Source: a virus
Direction: 5' to 3' (one strand)
Length of the DNA stretch: 64,000 bases
Virus record (IMG/VR): IMGVR_UViG_3300005690_000024
Location: 32,001-96,000 of that record
In this document: piece by piece, positions 10,597 through 19,975 of the stretch
How positions within the stretch are numbered: the first letter of the stretch is position 1
How the letters are laid out: each line of letters begins with the position of its first letter
Made by a program: the position numbers and the translations under genes
The notes under the pieces: generated by a model
Seen by the model: the letters and a program-made list of their open reading frames with translations, nothing else
Databases searched by the model: none
Told to the model about the DNA's origin: nothing

Positions 10597-11264
10597 AAGA
10601 ATTCGGTGTCGTCTACATCCACTCGGGTGGAATCTGGTCTGAGATCTGCGAAGTTAGTCAGACTACTTTACCAAAGGGTACTGAGATCACTGTGCTTCGT
10701 GTCGCAAACCATGAGGAGAGCCTGCGAGTCAGGTTATCTCTGGCTGGAGATCTCCCGTACCGGCGAACGCTGTATCTCGACTGTGACACTGTGTATTGTC
10801 AGAAGGCTTTCCCGGAGTGGCTGACGCAGAAGTTGATTCCCACAGGCATAACAATGTCGGCATGGCGAGTCACAAATCAGGTTTGGTCCTGGCCCTCATC
10901 ATGGGCTGGGGAGTTTTGTTCGATTGAGGAATTGGTTCGCCTGCCGCATTGGTTCCGCACACCAAACGCAGGTCTGATGCTTCTGGAGAGCCATTGTGAT
11001 CCAATGCTGACGCGGTGGCGGGAATCATGGCAGTCGCTTGCGACTCCGCTTATTGAGCCTGCGTATGCGGATGCGTTCGCAAATTTACCACAACAGTTTG
11101 ATTTGCTGCCTGCAGACTTTCATGTCCCATCAACCAATGTGGGGCAGGACTTCATCCGGCTTCCTGAATACCATTTCATTCACGCCATTGTTCCGACACA
11201 TCGAAAGATTGACGAGATGTTCCGAGTTCTCACTGAGGCAGACCAATGTCACGCGATGAAGTAA
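10593..11264 (+). CDS. Putative GT-A fold glycosyltransferase (GT8-like)
   Basis: TLYLDCDT (DxD), PNAGLMLL and a C-terminal HFIH. GTGA overlap with the upstream stop, AGGAG RBS. Confidence 0.6.
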   Translation: MKEFGVVYIHSGGIWSEICEVSQTTLPKGTEITVLRVANHEESLRVRLSLAGDLPYRRTLYLDCDTVYCQKAFPEWLTQKLIPTGITMSAWRVTNQVWSWPSSWAGEFCSIEELVRLPHWFRTPNAGLMLLESHCDPMLTRWRESWQSLATPLIEPAYADAFANLPQQFDLLPADFHVPSTNVGQDFIRLPEYHFIHAIVPTHRKIDEMFRVLTEADQCHAMK

Positions 11265-11785
11265 TTCAGCAATGTTACCTCGTTCCTGGTCAGACATGGC
11301 CGACAGAACTTGGGTGGCTATACGATGAGATTCAGCACAGCAAGTCACATGCGGAGATAGGAACATTCTGTGGGCGATCACTACTTGCGAGTTGCGGAGG
11401 GATGTTGCCAAGTGCTCAAGTAGTATCTGTCGATAATTTCAGTGACTGGGTGAACAAGGAGTGGGTCGAATCTGTGATAGATGCGACACTGAGGTTGATT
11501 CGGCAACCCGTTCGCAGCATGCGAATGCATTCCTGCGATGCAGGGAGAATCCTTTACAAAGAGGGTTGCAGGTTTGACTCAGTATTTATTGATGGAGACC
11601 ATCATTACGCAGAGTGCAAAGCGGACATTCAGGTGTGGTCTGAGCTGATTAAGCCAGGTGGTTTGATTTGTGGGCATGATTACTGGGCGAAGGATGTTGG
11701 CGTGATGGATGCTGTCAATGAGTGCCTTCCCGGCTTTCAGGTGTTCAGCGGCACAAGAATCTGGTTTAAGCGATTGGGGAGATAG
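11246..11785 (+). CDS. Class I SAM-dependent methyltransferase (Methyltransf_24-like)
   Basis: AEIGTFCGRS motif I; SVFIDGDHHY...LIKPGGLICGHDY. Confidence 0.85.
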   Translation: MSRDEVIQQCYLVPGQTWPTELGWLYDEIQHSKSHAEIGTFCGRSLLASCGGMLPSAQVVSVDNFSDWVNKEWVESVIDATLRLIRQPVRSMRMHSCDAGRILYKEGCRFDSVFIDGDHHYAECKADIQVWSELIKPGGLICGHDYWAKDVGVMDAVNECLPGFQVFSGTRIWFKRLGR

Positions 11786-11787
11786 AA

Positions 11788-12054
11788 ATGGAAGATGTTC
11801 CTGTTGTGCTGCAAGTCGCCGTTTCTGCCTGTTCTGATGGGCGATGCGGGAGAAAGGTACTGACGAAGCAGGTCCTGATGTGGGACACAATGCTTCCTGT
11901 AGTTGGCGATATTGTTGAAACGCAGACACAACCTGTCTCAATGCGCCTGCGTGTTATTGGGCGGCTATGGGCACTTCGTCACCCAACGTTGATCTGCAAG
12001 CCAGTGAAGTCGTTCTCTGTTCAAAATCTGATTGATGTGGGCTTTGAAGAATAA
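11788..12054 (+). CDS. Hypothetical protein
   Basis: 88-aa ORF, tightly packed after the methyltransferase and followed by a terminator. Confidence 0.55.
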   Translation: MEDVPVVLQVAVSACSDGRCGRKVLTKQVLMWDTMLPVVGDIVETQTQPVSMRLRVIGRLWALRHPTLICKPVKSFSVQNLIDVGFEE

Positions 12055-12077
12055 GTCGCGTCGTGTTTCCGTTTTAC

Positions 12078-12111
12078 AAGGGCATCCCTGTTTATCAGGG
12101 GTGCCCTTTTT
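12078..12111 (+). terminator. Rho-independent terminator
   Basis: AAGGGCATCCCTG-TTTAT-CAGGGGTGCCCTT followed by a T run. Confidence 0.85.
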
Positions 12112-12228
12112 CGTTTGTGGGCAGTAGCGGTCTCATATTGTGAGTCAATCTTGTCCAATCGCGCGGTGATCATCGATTTTGCGTCAAAATAGCGGTCAGG
12201 TCAGAATCTGATTTTGAGAGAGTGCGCC

Positions 12229-12561
12229 ATGTCAACAGCAGTCGGAGACATCACTGTGCGTCAGAGCAGCAGTAACAATAGCCAGATATACATCACAAAC
12301 TTGGCATTGAAGGTTCTTGGTGCAATTGGCTCAATCGCCCTCGTTGGCCTGATTGGCTGGATGGGTTCCATCGAGTCTCGCATGTCGGCATTGGCAGAGT
12401 CCAGTCGGGGCGTCCAGCAGGAGCAAATCAGCCTTCGGACAAACAATGATGAGTTGAAGAAGTCGATCGACAAGATCAGTGATACGGTGAATCAAATTTC
12501 GGTTGGTGTGGCTGCGCTGCAACGCGACGTGGCTCACCTGAGTGAGAAGCAGGCTAAGTAA
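12229..12561 (+). CDS. TM plus coiled-coil protein (holin or XhlA-like)
   Basis: One TM helix (LALKVLGAIGSIALVGLIGWM) followed by a heptad coiled coil. First gene of a membrane-protein cluster. Confidence 0.55.
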   Translation: MSTAVGDITVRQSSSNNSQIYITNLALKVLGAIGSIALVGLIGWMGSIESRMSALAESSRGVQQEQISLRTNNDELKKSIDKISDTVNQISVGVAALQRDVAHLSEKQAK

Positions 12562-12566
12562 AGGGG

Positions 12567-12818
12567 ATGACTGTGGATGTGCTGGTGAAGAAGGTGAGAG
12601 AAGCCATGAGTGCTGTAAAGAAGGGTAGTTGGAAGACTACTGTGGCTGGAGTGCTGACTGGAGTTGCATCACTCGCAATGCAGTTGTCGTACTTTCTTGA
12701 CGACAATCCATCTACGGTGGTGAATTTCAATGAGGTTTGGATCGCATTGGGCGTGCTGAGCGTTGGCTTGGCGGCAAGAGACAATTCTGTGTCCAGCGAA
12801 CAGGATGGCGTGAAATAG
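12567..12818 (+). CDS. Holin-like protein with two TM helices
   Basis: WKTTVAGVLTGVASLAMQLSY...VWIALGVLSVGLAARDN...SSE: two TM segments with a charged tail. Confidence 0.6.
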   Translation: MTVDVLVKKVREAMSAVKKGSWKTTVAGVLTGVASLAMQLSYFLDDNPSTVVNFNEVWIALGVLSVGLAARDNSVSSEQDGVK

Positions 12819-12827
12819 GAGACGGTT

Positions 12828-13316
12828 ATGTTTGGGGTGAGTGCTGAAATGGCCCGCTACATTGGAGCGGGCCTTATTGCTGTAATCTGGGTGCTGAAGT
12901 TGTCTGCACCGTATTTGAAGGCTGCTGCAAAGAGCGCAGCGAAGCGAGTGTCGGCATTGTGGCCGAAGGTGAATCAGAAGACGAATGTTCTGAGTGCCTG
13001 GCCACTGATCGGCATCCTGCTGATCCTGTGCGTACCTGTGCCTGGGTCAAAGTGTCCAGTCCCTGAGCCTGTAAAGCCGCCCGATATTGTGGCGAAGTGC
13101 AGTGAGGCCAATCGGGTGCTGATTGCAGAGCAGATCCGCAAGTTCTCGGGTGAGAAGTATGAGACTGTACAGGCGGCTGAAGACGCTATGAATCAGAAGA
13201 TTCTGGAGGCGTATCAGGCGAGCTACGAACCGTTGTTCCAGAAGATCAATGAGGCTCGCAAGGCAGACAAGTTGGTTGAGTTTGCTGGTCAGATTGAAAA
13301 AGGGGAAATCCAGTGA
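12828..13316 (+). CDS. Membrane-anchored protein of the lysis-like module
   Basis: Two hydrophobic segments, a Pro-rich linker and a helical C-terminus. Confidence 0.55.
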   Translation: MFGVSAEMARYIGAGLIAVIWVLKLSAPYLKAAAKSAAKRVSALWPKVNQKTNVLSAWPLIGILLILCVPVPGSKCPVPEPVKPPDIVAKCSEANRVLIAEQIRKFSGEKYETVQAAEDAMNQKILEAYQASYEPLFQKINEARKADKLVEFAGQIEKGEIQ

Positions 13317-14167
13317 GTGAATTCACCGGGTACGAACTAGGGTGTGAAGATTGGGAAGCACTCAAGCGGGAGTGTGTTGATATCGACTTTGCACAACTTG
13401 TGCAGGGTGATGAGAAGCCGCAGCCGCGCGGGATGGTTGAGTTGTTCAAGAAGTACAATGTGCGGCGTGATCAGGGCGGGATCGGCAGTTGTGCTGGGTT
13501 CGGTCTGTGCCATGCGGCGGCGTCGTGCTTCTACATGCAGGCGGGTAACTTCCGAATCTTCAACCCGATGTGGACCTACAAGTTGGGTCAGAAGATCTTC
13601 GGGACTCGTGGTGCGCAATCGGGCACGTCTATTCATTCGGTGGTCACGTCTGGGAAGCGGGACGGGCTGTTGCCTGAAGATATCGAGCGGGATGGCAAGG
13701 TTGAGTTCCCGTATTCGGATCGTGCTTACGATAAGGCGTTTCCAGCGTCGGCTGCTGGTATTGCCCAGAACTGGAAGATCGGTTTCGCGGTTCGGCTGAC
13801 GAGCTGGGATGCGATGGTGAAGGGGATTACTTCAGGCATTCTGAGCATCGTGACGGGAGGCGACTGGGGAAATTGGGCGCACGACAAAAATGGGGTATGC
13901 CGCAAGTTTCGTAGGGGCGGTGGTGGCCACGCTCGATGTTACAACGACATCAAATACCTCCCGAACGGCGAGTTGACTCTGTGTGAGCCAAACAGTCACT
14001 ACAAGACTTGGGGTGACGACGGTTGGACGTATCACACACGGGAGTTTGTTGAGGCTCAACTGGAGTCGCCGAGTTTCGTGGCGATTGGGATCAGCGATCT
14101 GACATTGGGTCCAGACCTTGTGTTGCCGAAGCCGCGTAAGGTTCCTCGGTTTGTGAAGTTTGATTGA
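13313..14167 (+). CDS. Papain-like cysteine peptidase (C1 family)
   Basis: RDQGGIGSCAGF (oxyanion Q, catalytic C), GGGHA (H) and PNSHYKTWGDDG (N, resembling NSWG..WG..G). Confidence 0.85.
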   Translation: MSEFTGYELGCEDWEALKRECVDIDFAQLVQGDEKPQPRGMVELFKKYNVRRDQGGIGSCAGFGLCHAAASCFYMQAGNFRIFNPMWTYKLGQKIFGTRGAQSGTSIHSVVTSGKRDGLLPEDIERDGKVEFPYSDRAYDKAFPASAAGIAQNWKIGFAVRLTSWDAMVKGITSGILSIVTGGDWGNWAHDKNGVCRKFRRGGGGHARCYNDIKYLPNGELTLCEPNSHYKTWGDDGWTYHTREFVEAQLESPSFVAIGISDLTLGPDLVLPKPRKVPRFVKFD

Positions 14168-14195
14168 TTTCGTATAGGCACTGTGGGAGGCTGAC

Positions 14196-15329
14196 ATGGG
14201 AATTCTATTGTGGGCAATGCTGCTGTTGTTTCAGGACTCTGTGAGTGAGGCTAAGGCCCGCCTGTCGCTCATAGAGACTCAGCGTAAGCAGAGTGAGGCG
14301 ATCGCCGCACAAGTGGCTGAGAAAGCCGCACAGGAACTGGCAGAGGCTAATGCCAAGGCAGTCCAAGAGCAGGCGGTACAAGAGGCACAGGCTGCGGTAG
14401 AGGCAGATGCCTTTGAAGAGGTCAAGGAAGAGGTTGAGCAAGAACCGCAACCCGTCATAACATTTGAGCGGGCGGTTCAGTCGGCCAGCGTGATGCGGCG
14501 CAGCGAGAAGATCGTTACCGAGAACTGGTTGGTGACGACGGCGTATTGTCCCGCTTGTCCAGCGGCAAAGGCACGGTTCAAGAAGGCTGGTAATCCAGAG
14601 AGTCGGATCATCTCGCCGCAGCAGGCGTTTGATCTTCACGGTCAGGTGGTGAAGTCTGTGCCGTTCGAGTACGAGGTGAAGGTTGCAACGGTGTTGCTAC
14701 AGCCTCCGACGTATCGCCTGGCTAACAAGATGAAGTCGACGCTGGATGGGAATCATACTCCAAGCAAGTCGGCTATTCTGAAGCATCTGAGGACTGGTGG
14801 TCCACATGCTGGTAAGCATTGGCAGCAGTGGAATCTGGAAGTCTGGGATGTGAAGCAGTTGTATGCTTTGCATGATGATGATCACGATGATGTTGTGCCA
14901 ACATTTGAGGCAGAAGATGTTGTTGTTGCGACTGTGGAGAACAGCCGTGGTGTCCAAGACGTTGTGGCAGCTTTGGCGGCTCACCTGATCGAGAGTTCTG
15001 GGCAGAAGCAGGATGAGCAGGCGTACGGTTCGTTCTTTGATTTTGAAGTCGATGTGCCTGATACGGTTCGTGACGCGATTGCGAAAGTACTCACGTCGAA
15101 GTCGATGTCATTCCCGAGTGCTGGGCTGAAGGTTGACTGGAGTGGCGATTCTCGATCACTGATTCTAGGGAAGGACAAGATTGAGATCAGTCCGCCCGTG
15201 ACGGTGTCGGTCAACAAGTGGGTGTTCAGTTACTCAGCGTCGTTGCGTGGGATGTGGTACGAACCTGATCTGAGTTCCGTGACATTCGATTTGCAGGGTG
15301 CGCCTGACCTGAAAGTGGTGTTGAAGTGA
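14196..15329 (+). CDS. Exported protein with a thioredoxin-like CxxC motif
   Basis: N-terminal signal-like stretch (MGILLWAMLLLFQ), coiled coil, WLVTTAYCPACPAAK, then a His-rich HL...H...LYALHDDDH segment. GGAGG RBS. Confidence 0.6.
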   Translation: MGILLWAMLLLFQDSVSEAKARLSLIETQRKQSEAIAAQVAEKAAQELAEANAKAVQEQAVQEAQAAVEADAFEEVKEEVEQEPQPVITFERAVQSASVMRRSEKIVTENWLVTTAYCPACPAAKARFKKAGNPESRIISPQQAFDLHGQVVKSVPFEYEVKVATVLLQPPTYRLANKMKSTLDGNHTPSKSAILKHLRTGGPHAGKHWQQWNLEVWDVKQLYALHDDDHDDVVPTFEAEDVVVATVENSRGVQDVVAALAAHLIESSGQKQDEQAYGSFFDFEVDVPDTVRDAIAKVLTSKSMSFPSAGLKVDWSGDSRSLILGKDKIEISPPVTVSVNKWVFSYSASLRGMWYEPDLSSVTFDLQGAPDLKVVLK

Positions 15330-15655
15330 AGCGGAAACGAAGCGTCGTTGAGTGCTACAGCATTAAGGCAGATGCCATTGAGCGGTTCTGCCCCGTGACG
15401 AGCAACGGCAAGAAATCGTCTCGTGAAGCAGAGAAGATTGCGGCGTGGGTGGATTCGTTCACTACGAAGATGAACAGTGACAAGCCGTACGAGACTGTCG
15501 ATGAGGCAGTTGAGGCGTTGGCGCCGATCGCAATTACGCTGTTCGGGTTCATGTTTCGGTGGGCTATTCGGAAGTTGGCGATAGCGGTGATCAAGTTTTC
15601 GTGGTCACGGTGGCACGAACCAGTGAGCGTGACTGTGGGTGCGGGTTATCACTGA
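15326..15655 (+). CDS. Hypothetical protein
   Basis: 109 aa, GTGA overlap with the upstream gene, followed by a terminator. Confidence 0.55.
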   Translation: MKRKRSVVECYSIKADAIERFCPVTSNGKKSSREAEKIAAWVDSFTTKMNSDKPYETVDEAVEALAPIAITLFGFMFRWAIRKLAIAVIKFSWSRWHEPVSVTVGAGYH

Positions 15656-15690
15656 TGTCGTTTGTCAGTAGCTATACGATGGAACTTATG

Positions 15691-15722
15691 AAGGGTATCG
15701 GTTGTCCTGATACCCTTTTTTG
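15691..15722 (+). terminator. Rho-independent terminator ending the late block
   Basis: AAGGGTATCGG-TTGTC-CTGATACCCTT plus a T run. Confidence 0.8.
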
Positions 15723-15857
15723 CTGCGCCGTGGGAATATTGCGGAATTGCGAAGAATTGGGTGGGTCTTCGGTATAGGCTGTCTGTGTCGGCGGGATGCT
15801 GGCAGGGATTGCAGAAAGGAGAGGTTGTTCTACAATTCTGTTTTGAGGAGATTGCTT

Positions 15858-16385
15858 GTGTCGCATCAAATTGTTTTCAGCATCCCTGACGAGCTTGCGG
15901 GTCGATTGGTAGATGTCACGGGTCGTACGCCGACAGATATGGCGCGGGACTATTTGCAGGGGTACTTTGAGGACGGGCGGAATCAGAAGTTTCCGAGGCA
16001 GAGGATTACGTTGGCGTGGAGTGCGGACGTGTACGCTGGGATCATTCGCCATGTTGGTCGAGGGGCTGCGGCGGATTGGATCAGGCGTACAGTGTATGAG
16101 CGGATGGGGAAGACGGCTGGGTTGACTCCTCCGCCGACGTGGTTGCCGAGTCGGATCGAGAATTCGAAGGCACCGAAGATTGTGGTATTGACGCCTGGGG
16201 CTGGTCGTCAGAGCATCAATATTCCGTTAGTGATCCCTAAAGACTGGGTGGTTTGGCTGAAGAAGAACTATCCGGAGAACTTCTCGATGCCGATCAAGGC
16301 GTGGTGTCAGTTGCGACTGGAGAAGGAGACGGGTCGTCTTTTCCCAGCTCAGCGAGGCATGAGCGAGATGTTGGGACACGATTAG
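15858..16385 (+). CDS. Putative transcription regulator with three ribbon-helix-helix-like repeats
   Basis: GAGGAG RBS then GTG 15858. Three beta-then-helix-helix units: QIVFSIPDELAGRL..., RITLAWSADVYAGI..., NIPLVIPKDWVVWL... Confidence 0.55.
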   Translation: MSHQIVFSIPDELAGRLVDVTGRTPTDMARDYLQGYFEDGRNQKFPRQRITLAWSADVYAGIIRHVGRGAAADWIRRTVYERMGKTAGLTPPPTWLPSRIENSKAPKIVVLTPGAGRQSINIPLVIPKDWVVWLKKNYPENFSMPIKAWCQLRLEKETGRLFPAQRGMSEMLGHD

Positions 16386-16478
16386 AGATTTCGGCTTGAC
16401 AAACTTTTTGGAATCGCCATCATTCGGCGACAGTCTTGCGTATAGGTAGTGATGGTGGTAGTTTCGAAGGGGAGTGCT

Positions 16479-16718
16479 ATGGAAGACATGAAAGAGCAAA
16501 ATGAGGCTATTGTCTCTATTGATGTTCCTGCGAGTGCCGTGGCTGCAGTGACAGACTTTTTGGAGAAGCGATCTAGAGGCGTTGACGCTGGTTTTTGTTT
16601 TGGTGTTGCATTGCCAACATTCGGCACTGGCATTAAGTCGTGGGCAGTTCTTGACGTTGTTGAACGTAAGTGGAGTATTTGCACCGAGCAGGATGCTCAT
16701 GGTGCTGGGGCGCGATGA
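16479..16718 (+). CDS. Hypothetical protein
   Basis: GGGGAG RBS, downstream of the motif copy at 16436. Confidence 0.55.
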   Translation: MEDMKEQNEAIVSIDVPASAVAAVTDFLEKRSRGVDAGFCFGVALPTFGTGIKSWAVLDVVERKWSICTEQDAHGAGAR

Positions 16719-16746
16719 ATTCAGGAGTCAAGTGATTGGGGGGTCT

Positions 16747-17040
16747 ATGAATCGTTACTGGGTGAGTTGGGTGCAGGTGACAGAGGATTATCGGCCAATG
16801 AACTTTCCGCCGCATGATCGGGTGCTTGGCTGGTGGAAGTCGGGCGAGTGTGAAGAGGGCGCAAATCTGTGTGCTGTGGTTGAGGGTGAGAGTGAGTTGG
16901 ATGCTTGTGAGTCGATCAAGCAGGAGTGGCCCGAGTGCGAGGACGGCGGTGACTGGCGGTTCTTTCAAGAGGTCGATAATGACTTCCATCCTAGTGATCG
17001 ATTCGTGTTGTCTGACTGGATGGTTCCAAGGTTTGCGTGA
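16747..17040 (+). CDS. Hypothetical phage protein
   Basis: MNRYWVSW...; GGGGGG RBS; GTGA overlap with the next ORF. Confidence 0.6.
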   Translation: MNRYWVSWVQVTEDYRPMNFPPHDRVLGWWKSGECEEGANLCAVVEGESELDACESIKQEWPECEDGGDWRFFQEVDNDFHPSDRFVLSDWMVPRFA

Positions 17041-17309
17041 GGGGGTTTGCTGTGTGGTATAGAACGATACTCATTCCGATGCGTCGTAATTTCGGCAAAG
17101 GGCGTGTGGCTACGGTTTGGGATGCGTTTGGTGATTCTGTTGGCTACTTGTCTGGCCGAGAAGTTGTTGTTCTTAGCATGGGTCAGCGACGTGGTGCTGT
17201 GCATGTGAGATTTGCTGATCATCGCGAGTCGTGCTCGGCTGAGTGCACGGAAAAGCCAAGTAAGAACTTCAAGTACGTGATTCGTGGTCTTATTCGGCGT
17301 CATCGCTGA
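17037..17309 (+). CDS. Hypothetical protein
   Basis: 90-aa ORF in a packed gene row. Confidence 0.4.
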   Translation: MRGFAVWYRTILIPMRRNFGKGRVATVWDAFGDSVGYLSGREVVVLSMGQRRGAVHVRFADHRESCSAECTEKPSKNFKYVIRGLIRRHR

Positions 17310-17340
17310 GGCGTATAGGCATTCATTGTGGGAGGGTGTT

Positions 17341-18381
17341 ATGTGGCGGTTGATCGAGCAGGGCGAACTGATGTGTTCGTGCGACGAGATTTATGATGGG
17401 AATGGCGGATGGGCTTTCCTTCCGCATTGGCATGTTGGGATGCCGTTGTCGTTTCTCTGTCCAGTTCGTCGCAAGGTGTTCGAGCCAGCGAAGCCGAGTG
17501 GTTCGGTTCCTGATCCTGGCGAAGGCTGGAGGCTGATCGACAAGGTGAAGGATACACCGCAGAGTGGCGATCAGGTGTGGGATGATGAAGAGAAACGATG
17601 GGTTGACCGTGATCATCTATTAGACGGCACAACTTACTGTAAACCGGATATCTATCGCAGACGTGTTACGCCTCAGTCTTCCGAACCGATCCGCATCGGT
17701 GATCGCGTGACCGTGGTTGCAGGCGTTTGGTCTGGCTGCACTGGAAGCGTTGATTTGAACTTCTGGAATGGTTGGTTTGGGTTCGTCAAACTCGACAACG
17801 TGCTCGTCGGTGGAAAGCCTCTCTGTGTGCGGGTTTCGCCGTCTGACGTATCGGTGATGAAATCATCGCCGAGTTCTTGCCCAGATCCAGGTGAAGGTTA
17901 TCGTCTGATCGATAAGGCTGTCGACAAGCCAGAACCGGGAGATCAGATTCTCAACGGGATCATCTGGGAGGATCGTGGAGAGTATGAGGGCACGCATTTC
18001 CGTGAATGCCGGGAGTACCGCCGCAAACTTCCTGTTCTGGCAGACCCTGAATGGCGGTCGCTGGCTGTTGGCGAGTATTTCCGAGAGGGTGATGAGATCT
18101 CTTTTTACCATGAGAAAAGATGGAGTGCAGTGAGGCATTGTGGTAAATCAAAGGTTGGTGACAACAAGGCCGATGGGACACTCTATGTGTTTCGCCGTCG
18201 TGTGCGTCTCCAGTCACCGGGCTGGCGTTATCTGGATGAAGGTGAGGTAATCGCTGATGGTGACGAGATTCTGTGGGGTGGTTGGGCTCCTGTCTGTGAA
18301 TCGCTTAAAGGTCGGTTTGCAAGTGCCACAGATAAGTCGTGCCGCATGCTTCGCCGCCGAACAGTCCCGTTTGTTGGTTAA
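17341..18381 (+). CDS. Repeat protein with five (W/Y)R-L-x-x-GE/DK...GD(E/Q) modules and a KOW-like segment
   Basis: MWRLIEQGE...DEI, PDPGEGWRLIDK...GDQV, PDPGEGYRLIDK...GDQI, EWRSLAVGE...GDEI, GWRYLDEGE...GDEI; KOW-like IRIGDRVTVVAGVWSGCTG. GGAGGG RBS. Confidence 0.75.
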   Translation: MWRLIEQGELMCSCDEIYDGNGGWAFLPHWHVGMPLSFLCPVRRKVFEPAKPSGSVPDPGEGWRLIDKVKDTPQSGDQVWDDEEKRWVDRDHLLDGTTYCKPDIYRRRVTPQSSEPIRIGDRVTVVAGVWSGCTGSVDLNFWNGWFGFVKLDNVLVGGKPLCVRVSPSDVSVMKSSPSSCPDPGEGYRLIDKAVDKPEPGDQILNGIIWEDRGEYEGTHFRECREYRRKLPVLADPEWRSLAVGEYFREGDEISFYHEKRWSAVRHCGKSKVGDNKADGTLYVFRRRVRLQSPGWRYLDEGEVIADGDEILWGGWAPVCESLKGRFASATDKSCRMLRRRTVPFVG

Positions 18382-18417
18382 TCGTCCGTTCCGTATAGGT
18401 TTCAAGTGAGGTGTTAA

Positions 18418-18642
18418 ATGCGTTCGTTGCGTCGTTCGATGGTTGGTTTGGATGCGATTGCGATCGTGGCAGGGATGGCAAGTGCCGGAATGGCGATCCC
18501 TGCCATTTCGTATGTCGACCCACGGGCAAAGCGTGTGAAGGGTGTTGGCGAGCGTCCAGAAGGGGCAGCGACGGAGGCTCAGAAGATGGCGCGTCCGCCG
18601 AAGCGAGGCAAGGGTACACGTCGTCAGCGTCGTGGCAAGTAA
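18418..18642 (+). CDS. Small basic protein
   Basis: GAGGTG RBS, Arg/Lys-rich C-terminus, motif copy upstream. Confidence 0.5.
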   Translation: MRSLRRSMVGLDAIAIVAGMASAGMAIPAISYVDPRAKRVKGVGERPEGAATEAQKMARPPKRGKGTRRQRRGK

Positions 18643-18668
18643 TGCAATGAGTTTCTTGGGAGTGTGGA

Positions 18669-19907
18669 ATGGGAGGGTCTGTGGAGATTTCTGATTACCA
18701 ACGATATGAAATGGCAAAAATGCGGGCACAAGCCTACATCACTGAACTGACCAATGGTATGCGATTGCAGGAGTTGAAGGCGATTGCAGCACACGTTGAA
18801 GGTGCAGTTAGGCACGTTGATTTCAATATCAAGATGAGGAACGGCGAGCAGATTCGGTGATTCCGTTGGATGAGGTGAGTATATGATGCAACCGCGACTA
18901 CATCAGTGTGATCCAGATTATCGAAGAACGCCGAAGACTGATCGGTATTGCTGGCACTGTCAGCGGGACATTAAGCATGAATCAGTCATCGCGAAGACGT
19001 TCGTTTGTGCTGATCCGATCATGTGTGTTGTGCACCCAGATGATTCACACATGGTTGACTGTTCATTGCTTGAGATTGGGCCTGAGTGTTTAAAGAAGAT
19101 TCCGTTTGCGTTTATTGTACGTGATACACAGCCGCCCCAGTGACGCGGTAATCGAAAGGGGTTGATCGTCCGAGTAGCAGGCTGGATGCTCTCCAGTCCG
19201 CCTCTCCTGGGTGCGGTTAGTGTTGCGTGAGAGATCGATGTACTAGGGGGCTATATGATCGAAGATGAAGAGTTCAGTGTGTTTGTAGATCCAGACACGG
19301 GCGAGAGAGGCTACACAGACGCAAGGCTGACAGATCTTCCAATCAGTGAAGTCGTTCGCAGACTGCGTGAGTCTGGCGACCATCAAGCCGTTCATGTGAT
19401 CCAGCATCTGCAATATTGCCTGTGGGATGCGACGCGCAGCGAAGATTCGTATGGCGTTCCAAATTCATCGTGGGATGTGTGTGGGATCTGTGACCGAGCT
19501 GAAGCAGGTCCAGGGAAGTTTCGAAGCGGGATTGCACATGCTGAATGTTGCCCGCTTTGTGGTTGGGAAGAGTAATACGGGGCTGAATCATGGTAGGTCG
19601 ATGTCGATGGTTAAGTATTGGTCGAAGTGAGCCGCAAGTTCCAGATGCAACAACGCCTGAGCAGAGGGTGGAGATTGCCAAGTGCGAGATCTTCATCATT
19701 CCTAGATTTCGGGTGATTCGCGAGTGTCGGCTTGACGGCGTAACGATCGGCTATGTGAGGACGACATTTGGAGGGCAGGAGTTCAAGCGGGATTTGGAGG
19801 ATGAATGGCAGTTTGCCGGTTCGGCATGGTCGCTGGACGATCCTCCGCATGGGCTGGCGATTCTCGGTCTGTTGGATCTTCTGAAGGAATCGCGTGGTGA
19901 AGGCTGA
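18669..19907 (+). CDS. Row of four small hypothetical ORFs (18669-18860, 18883-19143, 19255-19575, about 19590-19907)
   Basis: Packed + strand ORFs, most with an RBS. Two carry CxxC pairs. Confidence 0.45.
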
Positions 19908-19975
19908 ATCTTCAGTCAGGTGTTGTGGGTTTTGCGTATAGGTACTGTTGGTGTTTTCTTTACAAGGGGTAGTCT

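Noticed and set aside
16396-16446. TTGACA at 16396 as the -35 for the motif at 16441 (likewise 27793, 33567, 41970)
   Set aside because: Spacing is 23-39 bp rather than 16-18 bp. Only the ssb promoter has canonical spacing.
19140-19250. Intergenic hairpin as an RNA gene
   Set aside because: A single modest stem (GGCTGGA/TCCAGTC) with no cloverleaf or recognisable family.
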